In this document: piece by piece, positions 31,125-39,388 of the stretch
Layout of the letters: each line of letters opens with the position of its first letter
Position numbering within the stretch: position 1 is the stretch's first letter
Assembly (NCBI GenBank): GCA_963849325.1
Contig: CAWKHF010000005.1
Coordinates: forward strand, 544,001-608,000
Length of the DNA: 64,000 bases
Source of the DNA: an uncultured Planctomycetota bacterium
GTDB lineage: Bacteria; Planctomycetota; Planctomycetia; Gemmatales; Gemmataceae
Direction of reading: 5' to 3'
Made by a program: the position numbers and the translations under genes
The notes under the pieces: model-generated
The model's database searches: none
The model's input: the letters and a program-made list of their open reading frames with translations, nothing else
Told to the model about the DNA's origin: nothing

Positions 31125-31967
31125 ATGTCGGCCCCCGTCAAGACGAGCAACGGTAGCGGTCTCACGCCCACCAATGAGCTACGCCAGGTAACCGTGCCCG
31201 ACTTCGTCGCCGCCAAGGCACGGGGGCATCGGCTGACCATGCTGACCGCTTACGACTACACCACGGCCCGGCTGCTCGACGACGCCGGCGTCGATAGTAT
31301 TCTGGTCGGCGATTCGCTGGGCATGGTCGTGCAGGGCCAACCCGATTCGCTGGGCGTCACTCTCGACGAGATGGTCTACCATACGCGCTTGGCGGCCCGC
31401 GGCGTGCGCCGCAGTCTGCTAGTGGCCGACCTGCCGTTCATGAGTTACCAGGTTAGTCCGCAGCAGGCGCTGGAGAGCGCCGGCCGACTCCTCAAGGAGG
31501 GCGGAGCGCACGCGGTCAAGCTGGAGGGCGGCGTTCGCAGCGCCGCCGCCATCGCCGCCGTCACCGCCGCCGAGATCCCGCTCATGGGCCACATCGGCCT
31601 GACGCCGCAGTCGGTTCGCCGCCTGGGCGGCTTCAAGGTGCAGCGCGACGCCGAGCGCCTGCTGGAGGATGCGTTGGCCGTCGAGGCCGCCGGCGCCTTC
31701 GCCGTCGTCGTCGAGTGCGTGCCGACCGACGTGGCCGAGCGCATCACCGCCGCGCTGAAGGTTCCGACCATTGGCATCGGCGCCGGCCCGGCCTGCGATG
31801 GCCAAATCCTCGTCACGCCCGACCTGCTCGGCCTGTTCGACGATCTGCGGCCGCGCTTCGTCAAGAACTACGCCGATCTCGGCCAGGCCGTTCGCCAGGC
31901 CGTCGAGAGCTATTGCCGCGAAGTACGCGACGGCGCCTTTCCCGGACCCGAACACAGCTTTCGCTGA
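31125..31967 (+). CDS. panB: 3-methyl-2-oxobutanoate hydroxymethyltransferase
   Basis: MLTAYDY, ILVGDSLGMV, VKLEGG, MGHIGLTPQ and TIGIGAG motifs. Confidence 0.97.
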   Translation: MSAPVKTSNGSGLTPTNELRQVTVPDFVAAKARGHRLTMLTAYDYTTARLLDDAGVDSILVGDSLGMVVQGQPDSLGVTLDEMVYHTRLAARGVRRSLLVADLPFMSYQVSPQQALESAGRLLKEGGAHAVKLEGGVRSAAAIAAVTAAEIPLMGHIGLTPQSVRRLGGFKVQRDAERLLEDALAVEAAGAFAVVVECVPTDVAERITAALKVPTIGIGAGPACDGQILVTPDLLGLFDDLRPRFVKNYADLGQAVRQAVESYCREVRDGAFPGPEHSFR

Positions 31968-31980
31968 AGAAGAAGAAAAT

Positions 31981-32110
31981 CACCACGGAAAACACGGAAA
32001 ACACGGAAAAAGACAAAAACAGAAACAGAGAATTCAGACCAGCGAAGATCGATAAATGAGCGCTACCTCCCTTGCTGTCTTTTTCCGTGTTTTCCGTGTT
32101 TTCCGTGGTG
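31981..32110. repeat. Inverted repeat with 9-mer tandem arms, family D (CACGGAAAA x3)
   Basis: CACCACGGAAAACACGGAAAACACGGAAAAAGACA ... TGTCTTTTTCCGTGTTTTCCGTGTTTTCCGTGGTG. Confidence 0.9.
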
Positions 32111-32141
32111 GGCCTCTTCTGGGAAAGCGCCGCGTCTACCC

Positions 32142-32789
32142 TCATTCGGTCGTCTGTCCCAGGCGCGTCTCGAATTTCTTCCGCAAGACCGCGGCCAGGT
32201 GACGCACACAAAGCGCCTGCCGCATCCGTTCGGTGTTCGTCTTGTCGTGGACCATCAGGCGAAGCAACTCGGTCACGCTCAGCCGGTTCTCCTCCTCGCG
32301 CAGCAATTCCACCGCATCGCCCGGACTTACCGTGCCTTCTTCCAGCACGGCGAGGTAAAACCCCGGACGATTGCTCGCCAGGAAGCGCGGGATGATCCCC
32401 GGATCGCCAAACCGGATGCCCAGCTTGTAACAGGGCAGGCGCGGCTGCGTGACGACGAGGCGCGCCGTGCCGACCCGCAGCTCGTCGCCGACGTGCAGGG
32501 CGTCCTCGCGCAGCCCCTCGGTAGTGAGGTTCTCGCCGAAGACGCCGAGGGGCAGTTCGCGGCCCGGAAGCTGCTCGCGCCAGTAATCGTAGTTCTCGAC
32601 GGGGTAGGCATAGACGGCCTTGTCCGGCCCGCCGTGGACGGAGAGATCGGCCTGAGCGTCGCCCTCCAGGTTGAGACGCCGCAACGGAACGCGGCCGTCG
32701 ATCGGCTCCTTGAAAATCCCCGTGGACACGACATCGCTCCCCCACGCGATTTCGCGGGGCAAACCGACGTTGACGGACACGATTCGCAT
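32142..32789 (-). CDS. MOSC domain protein (YiiM-like)
   Basis: TGIFKEP, GDAQADLSVHGGPDKAVY, FGENLT and TQPRLPCYKL motifs. Confidence 0.93.
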   Translation of the reverse strand: MRIVSVNVGLPREIAWGSDVVSTGIFKEPIDGRVPLRRLNLEGDAQADLSVHGGPDKAVYAYPVENYDYWREQLPGRELPLGVFGENLTTEGLREDALHVGDELRVGTARLVVTQPRLPCYKLGIRFGDPGIIPRFLASNRPGFYLAVLEEGTVSPGDAVELLREEENRLSVTELLRLMVHDKTNTERMRQALCVRHLAAVLRKKFETRLGQTTE

Positions 32790-32949
32790 GACGACGGAAC
32801 CCTCGCGCGGTACACGAGATTGACAGCGGGGCCGGTCTTTGACTATTCTCCCCGTTTTCGCCGGGCGGACAACCTCGGGCACATGAATTGCTCCACATCG
32901 GAAGCGTCTTGGACCGATAAGGAATTGTTTGCCGGGAGGATCCTCCGTC

Positions 32950-35900
32950 ATGGCCGAAACTTCCAAGAACGAAATGACGACCCAGCTTGCCGAGGGTCTC
33001 TCCGTCAGCCGAACTGCGAACGGCAATGGGCTGACGTTGACCATCCGCCTTCAGGGTCCATCCGATTGCGTACTGCACTGGGGTTTGAGCCGGCGTCCCG
33101 GCGGGGCGTGGAATCGCCCTCCCCAGTCGTGCTGGCCGCAAGGGACGACGCCCGCCGACGGTAACGCCGTGCGTACCCCATTCGCTGGCGATGGTCAGAA
33201 AGAGGTGTCCATCCACCTCGATTCATCCGGCCCGTGGCGCGGCCTGGCCTTTGTCGTCCACGCCCCGAAAGAAAATCGCTGGATCAAGAGCGGCAATACG
33301 GACTTCGTCCTGCCGCTGCCCCGTCCGCGGGGCCGCTCGCCCGAAGAAGCGTTGACTGAGTGGGCGCCGGAAGGAACGGGGACGCGCCAGGTCCATTCGC
33401 TCGACAACGGTGATCGCGTCGCGGCGGCTATCGCCGAGACGCCCGACGGCGTGCGCGTCCGCCTGGTTTGCGACGCCGCGGCGCCGCTGGCCTTGCACTG
33501 GGGCTTGGCGTGGCAGTTCCAGCAGGAATGGACGCTGCCGCCGGAGAATTACCGGCCGGAAGGCACGACGCTCGCCGACGACAAGGCCGCGCGCACGCCG
33601 TTCACCGAGCGCGAGGGGTTGCAATACCTGGAGCTGCGCTTCCCCCGACCGTCCGAGGGACCGGGGCCGCGCGGCCTGCGCCTCGTTCTGCATCAGGCCG
33701 ACGAGGGCTGGCTCAAGAGCGACGGCAAAGACCTGTACTTGCCGCTTGTTCCAGGGCGAGCCGGACGCGCGACTGTCCGCGCCGAAGCTGAGCGAGTTGG
33801 CCGAGCAGATCGTCGGCGCCGAGAAGGGTGCCGGTTCGTGGACCCTGATGCACCGCTTCAACCTATGCCACGATCTGCTGGGGTCGGTACAGGATGACGA
33901 GGAGGGGCTGGCGCTGCTGTTCGCCTGGCTGCGCTACAGCGCCATCCGCCAACTCGATTGGCAGCGGCGCTACAACACCAAGCCGCGCGAGCTGAGTCAC
34001 GCCCAGGATCGACTGACGATACGGTTGGCCGGCGTCTGGCGCCGGAACCCGCCGGAGTCTCCGCAGTCGCTTCTGGGTGCGGCAAATGCTCACGACACTC
34101 GGCCGCGGCGGCGAGGGGCAGCGCGTGCGCGATGAGATCCTGCACATCATGCACCGCAATCATCTCAAGGAAACGGCCGGCAACTTCATCGAGGAATGGC
34201 ACCAAAAGCTGCACAACAACACCACGCCCGACGACGTCGTCATCTGCCAGGCTTACCTCGCCTTCCTCCGTAGCAACGGCGACGCCGGCACGTTCTACCG
34301 CACCCTGGAGCAGGGCGGCGTCACGCGCGCAGCGGCTGCAAGGCTTCGAGCGCCCCATCCGCTCCGAGCCGATCCTCTACGGCGACCGCAAGGATGCGCT
34401 GATCGGCGAATTCGAGAACTTCCTGAAAATCCTCAAGTCGGTGCATTCGGGCACGGACCTGGACAGCGCCGTCGCCGCGGCGCGCGGCCGACTCGACGGC
34501 GGCATGAACCGGCAACTCGATGGCCTGCTCGGCCCTGCGCGGGAAGGGTCCGGTCGTGGATGCGCTGGCCGGTACCGTCACGGCGGCGCGCGAAGGTCTG
34601 GCGAAGGCGCTGGCCGCCATCGGCGACGACGCCGGCCGCCGCGACCTGCTCTTCCTCGATCTGGCGCTGGAGGAATACCTGCGTGCGGCGATCGAACGGC
34701 AGAACGTCAGCCAGCTCCGCCGCGATGCGTTGGCGGCGCTGGTGCGGCGCGGCCCTGCGAAACCTCCAGCTCACGGCCGATTCCGCGGAGCTGGCCATCT
34801 GCGCCGGACACTGGGCGGCGCTGTTGGCTCGACCGCGCGACGGCCGCGACTGGGCGCTGCATGCCCGCAGCGTGACCGATCGCGTTTCGCGCTGGGTCGC
34901 AGGACTTCACCGGCGCCATCTATCGGCGCCTGCAACCCAAGGCCGAGGCGCTGGGCGCCGCCTTCGGCGCCGAGAAGTGGACGGTGCCGTTGTTCAGCGA
35001 GGAGGTCATCCGCGGCGGGCCGGCCTTCACCCTTTCGCTGCTCTTGCGTCCGCTCGACCGTCTTCTGCGCGAGGCGGCGGGACTGGGCGGCTGGCAGGTC
35101 ATCAGTCCCGCTCGCGCCACCGGCAAAGTCCGCGCGGTCAGTCGCCTCCACGATGTGCAGGCGGAGCGCTTCGCGGAGCCGACCGTGCTGGTCGCCGACC
35201 AGGTGAGCGGCGACGAGGAGATGCCCGAGGGCGTCACGGCGGTCCTCACCTCCGATTCGCCGGACCTGGTGTCGCACGTGGCCGTCCGCGCCCGCAACGC
35301 CGGCGTTCTCTTCGCCACCTGCTTCGACGCCGACGAATACCAGAACGTCTCAGGCGCTGGCGGGCCAATTCCTCAGCCTGCGCGTGACGCCGGGCGGCGA
35401 CGTGCAATATACGGAATCGTCCAAGTCCGTAGGGTGGGCCGAGTCTTCGAGGCCCACCGAGGAGCGTGGTGGGCCTCGTTCCTCGGCCCACCCTACGAAG
35501 ACCACGAAGGCCACCGCGTCCTTCCACGGATGGGTAGTTGGACAGGACCAGTTCGCCCCCGGCCTCGTTGGCGGCAAGTCGAACAACCTCAACGGCCTGC
35601 GCGGCCGACTGCCCGACTGGATCCGTCTGCCGAAATCCATCGCCCTGCCCTTCGGCGTCTTCGACCGCGTGCTGGCGGACGCGGCCAATCGTCGTCTGCG
35701 CGAGGAATGCAAAACCCTGATCGCGGCGGCCGAGACGAAGGGGACCGAAGCGTTGGCCGAACTGCGAGCCAAGCTGCATGGATTGACGGCGCCGACGGAA
35801 TTGCCAGCGGCGCTTCGGGAGGGCTGGCAGCGCGCCGGCCTGCCGCCGGTGCCGTGGGAGCAGACCTGGCACGCCATCCGCCGCGTCTGGGCGTCCAAGT

Positions 35901-36495
35901 GGAACGATCGCGCCTACCTGTCGCGCCGCGCTCGCGGTGTCCCGCACGACAGCCTGCAAATGGCCGTGCTTATTCAGCAAGTGGTGCCGGCCGATTATGC
36001 CTTCGTCATCCACACGGTCAATCCGCTCACCGGCAACCACGGCGAGATCTTCGCCGAGGTCGTTCTGGGCATGGGCGAGACGCTGGTCGGCAATTATCCC
36101 GGCCGGGCGCTCGGCTTCGTCTGCCGCAAGACCGACCTCAAGCCCGAGATACTCTCCTATCCCGGCAAGAGCGTGGGCCTTTACGGCAAGGGCGTGATCT
36201 TCCGCTCCGACTCCAACGGCGAGGACTTGGAGGGCTTTGCCGGCGCGGGACTTTATGATAGCTTCCTGGCCGAGGAGCCGGAGCATCGCGCTGCTCGACT
36301 ACCGCAACGAGAAGCTGGTCTGGGACGCGAAAGGTCCGCGACGACCTGCTCCGCTCGATCGCTCGGGCCGGGCTGGAAGTCGAACGTCTGCTCGGCTCGG
36401 CCCAGGACATCGAAGGAGCGATCGCCGGCGGCGAGCTGCACGTCGTCCAGACCCGTCCGCAAGTGGGACTGGACGACGACTCTCTCGCCGCGTAA
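32950..36495 (+). CDS. Alpha-glucan, water dikinase (GWD1/SEX1-like), ~1180 aa, several frameshifts
   Basis: Two CBM45-like modules (LHWG...W..PP....P.GT.....A.RTPF); LMHRFN; RQLDWQRRYNTKPRELSHAQDRL; GQRVRDEIL; EEWHQKLHNNTTPDDVVIC; PDLVSHVAVRARN; VWASKWNDRAY; FRSDSNGEDLEGFAGAGLYDS; VVQTRPQ. Confidence 0.93.
35428..35497. repeat. GTAG-type REP palindrome inside the GWD coding sequence
   Basis: CGTAGGGTGGGCCGAG...CTCGGCCCACCCTACG with internal GGCCCACC/GGTGGGCC arms. Confidence 0.85.
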
Positions 36496-36497
36496 AC

Positions 36498-36561
36498 GTT
36501 TAGCCGCGACGCGCAGCGGAGCGCGGCGAGCGCCGCGCTCCGCTGCGCGTCGCGGCTAAAC
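36498..36561. repeat. REP-like palindrome, family A
   Basis: GTTTAGCCGCGACGCGCAGCGGAGCGCGG...CCGCGCTCCGCTGCGCGTCGCGGCTAAAC. Confidence 0.9.
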
Positions 36562-36576
36562 CAGAAAGGATTCATC

Positions 36577-37457
36577 GTGACCCCGCGCATCCGCATCGGC
36601 AATCAGACGGCCATTTCGTGCGCCGACCCCTGACGCCTTTCCGCTTCGCCCTGCGACAACGGCTTCGACGCCTTCGAGTGGTTCGCCGACAAGAAGGTAC
36701 ATGCCGACGGCCGTAGCACCGGCTGGGACGAGCCGGACATGGACGCGGCCACGCGCCTCGCCATCCGCGACGCCGGCGTGGCCCATGACGTGCTCTTCAC
36801 CGTCCACGCCCCCTGGCAGGCCAACCCACTGCACGGCGACGGCATCCCCCTCCTGATCCGCAGCATCGATTTCGCCCGCGACATCGGTGCCGACCTGGTC
36901 AACCTGCACCTGTACATGGAGGAGGGGCCGGACGGTTACGCGCGGCGCTGGCGCCGGTGCTGCGGCATGCCGCCGAAGCGGGGCTGCGCGTCAGCATCGA
37001 GAACACGCCGCACACGACGCCGGACGACTTCAACGAAACTTTCGCCCGTCTCGCCCAGCTGGACGCCGTCCCGTCCGGGACGGTCGGCATGTGCCTGGAC
37101 ATCGGCCACGCCAACCTCTGCGCCGCCACCCGCAACAACTTCGTGCGCTACCTCGACGCCCTGGCGCCCGCGGTGCCCATCATCCACGTCCACGCCCACG
37201 AGAACCACGGCGATGCTGACAGCCACCTGACGCTGTTCACCGGCCCCTCGAAGGACGATGACGCCGGCGTGCGCGCGTTCCTGGATCGCCTGCGCCGCCG
37301 CCATTACCGCGGTGCCGTGATCCTGGAGCAGTGGCCCGACCCGCCGCAACTCCTCGTCGAAGCCGCCACCCGACTGCGCAGCCTCCTCGGCCTGCGTCCT
37401 CTCGCCGCGCCGGATGGCGCGACGACGGAGAAAAGCACGTCCCGGCGAGGCGCCTGA
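36577..37457 (+). CDS. Xylose isomerase-like / AP endonuclease 2 TIM-barrel metalloprotein (frameshifts near 36630-36655 and 36945)
   Basis: AAAGGA RBS + GTG; RIGNQT, FEWF, TVHAPW, IENTP, CLDIGHAN, HVHAHEN.GD.DSH and ILEQW motifs. Confidence 0.8.
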
Positions 37458-37831
37458 ACGGGTGATGGGTCGCTCGTTGCCACGCTCGGCATGGGAGCGA
37501 GCGACAGCTCAAATTTGCACATCGCTTGTTCAAAAAAGACGGACACCGGGGACTTCGGTCTCCGCTTATCCCTCTTTCCAGGCCGGCAGCCGTTGCCTGC
37601 GCGATTTTTTTCTCATGCTCTTTCGCTCTTCTTCCGATTGTTTTTTGGGGATCGCGCAAGAAAAGAGAGGAGGAGAAAGCGCACGGCGCGAGAAGGTAGG
37701 AGAACAAGAACAGGTGTGAGAGGGTGCCGGCGATTTTCTTCACCAAAAATCACGGATTCACTCTCGCCCGCCCTCGGTTCATCGGCGAAAGTTCCCTTGT
37801 CCCAATTGGCGCGCCGCTTGCTCTACCACTC

Positions 37832-37993
37832 CTGTCGGCTTCCAGCCCCCGGTTGGAGGCACTTGGGCTGTGGAGACGGCGCCTCATCGACGGAAAGGCT
37901 CGGAGGGAGCGAGCCTTGCTGAGGCTACCGAAGAAGGTTGGAACGCGGCGGCTCGGAGGGGCCGCGTCCACCACGTCGAGGGCGGACAGAGAT
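37832..37993 (+). promoter_or_regulatory. Structured 5' leader of the amylase gene with repeated GGCTCGGAGGG
   Basis: Several nested stems; the 11-mer occurs at 37897 and 37950; eight GGA triplets. Confidence 0.35.
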
Positions 37994-39277
37994 ATGCAAC
38001 AAGACATCAAGGTTCCGTGGGTAGCAGTCGTCTCGTTTCCTCCGGGGCAAACGCCCGCCGAGGGGAAACACTATATCGGTAACGGGCGCGACATTCTCCT
38101 GGAGGGTTTCCACTGGGAGTCCCACCAGGGCGGCGCGTCCGATCCTGCAACGGGCATGCGCAAAAGTTGGTATCGCGTTCTCGTGGAGAACGCGGCAGCT
38201 GTCAAGGCGGCCGGTTTCACCTGGGTGTGGTTCCCGCCGCCGTCCGATTCATTGGCGCCGCAGGGATATATCCCACGGCGTTGGAACGTCCTGGATACGG
38301 CTTATGGCAGCGAGGCCGAACTGCGGGCGGCCATCCACGCGCTGGAACCGGTGCGGGCGATGGCCGACGTGGTCATCAATCACCGCGTCGGCGTCCACAC
38401 CAGCGGCGCCGACTTTGACGATCCGCCATTTCCCAATAACCGAGCGGCCATTGCCCGCGATGATTCTTCCGGCGTCGGCACCGGCAATCCCGACTCCGGC
38501 GAACACCATGCCGCCGGCCGCGATCTCGACCATACCAACCCCGATGTCCGCCACGCCATCACGGACTACTTGCGCAAGCTCAAAGCGATCGGCTTCCAGG
38601 GTTGGCGCTACGACCTGACCAAGGGCTACGCCGGCCGTTTCATCGCCGAGTACAACGACACCACCGAGCCGGGCTTCTCCGTCGGCGAATTCTACGACGG
38701 CGATCGGCAGAAGGTGACAAGTTGGATCGACGCCACCGGCGGCAAGACGACGGCGTTCGATTTCCCCACGCGCTATCTGCTGTATGAGGCGTGCCTGAGC
38801 GACGATTACGGCCGGCTCCGTTCGCACAACAGCGGCCGAGTGGTTCCCGGCGGTTTGCTCGGCCTGTGGCCGAGCCGTTCGGTGACTTTTCTGGATAATC
38901 ACGATACGGAAAGTCGCCGCGATTACGAACATAGCTGTCACAACGACGGCACGCGGCACTTTCCCGGCGAGACGGTCGGCATGGGTTACGCCTACCTGCT
39001 GACGCATCCCGGTACGCCGTGCGTCTTCTGGCCGCACTTCTTCGATTGGGGCCAACCGACGCGGCAGCGAATCGAGCGCCTGATCCACCTGCGACGGCAC
39101 TGCGGCATTCATTCGCGCAGCCACGTGGACATCAAGGAGGCCGGCCACGGATTGTACGCGGCGATCATCGACGGCAAGGTGGCGATGAAGCTCGGTCGTC
39201 GTGGCTGGTCGCCCGGCGGCGGCTGGCACCTCGCCGTCGACGGCGACAAGTTCGCCGTGTGGATGCGATCCAACTAA
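37994..39277 (+). CDS. Alpha-amylase, plant/GH13_6-like, no signal peptide
   Basis: ILLEGFHWES, VWFPPPSDS.APQGYIP, DVVINHR, catalytic WRYD / VGEF / FLDNHD, GYAYLLTHPG.P, C-terminal LYAAIIDGKVAMKLG beta-domain. Confidence 0.93.
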   Translation: MQQDIKVPWVAVVSFPPGQTPAEGKHYIGNGRDILLEGFHWESHQGGASDPATGMRKSWYRVLVENAAAVKAAGFTWVWFPPPSDSLAPQGYIPRRWNVLDTAYGSEAELRAAIHALEPVRAMADVVINHRVGVHTSGADFDDPPFPNNRAAIARDDSSGVGTGNPDSGEHHAAGRDLDHTNPDVRHAITDYLRKLKAIGFQGWRYDLTKGYAGRFIAEYNDTTEPGFSVGEFYDGDRQKVTSWIDATGGKTTAFDFPTRYLLYEACLSDDYGRLRSHNSGRVVPGGLLGLWPSRSVTFLDNHDTESRRDYEHSCHNDGTRHFPGETVGMGYAYLLTHPGTPCVFWPHFFDWGQPTRQRIERLIHLRRHCGIHSRSHVDIKEAGHGLYAAIIDGKVAMKLGRRGWSPGGGWHLAVDGDKFAVWMRSN

Positions 39278-39299
39278 TCTGGTGGTTCGTGGAAACGAT

Positions 39300-39357
39300 A
39301 CGAGCCGCGAACGTCCGCAAGGGGAGGCAACCCCGCTCGCGGACGCTTGCGGCTCGT
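39300..39357. repeat. REP-like palindrome, family C variant
   Basis: ACGAGCCGCGAACGTCCGC...GCGGACGCTTGCGGCTCGT between convergent genes. Confidence 0.7.
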
Positions 39358-39388
39358 GCCTTGCGCGGCCAGTCCCATGGATGGGTCA

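Noticed and set aside
31981-32110. Short tandem 9-mers as a possible CRISPR array or iterons (also 10057, 44906)
   Set aside because: Only three units per arm, no spacers, an inverted arrangement and no cas or rep genes.
34984-36495. PEP synthase / pyruvate phosphate dikinase annotation for the dikinase
   Set aside because: The His domain precedes the ATP-binding domain, there is no PEP-binding barrel, and GWD-specific and CBM45-like regions are present upstream.
32950-39277. Eukaryotic contamination or chimeric join
   Set aside because: The locus has Shine-Dalgarno sites, no introns, host-like GC, and repeat families shared with the rest of the window. Not formally excluded without reads.
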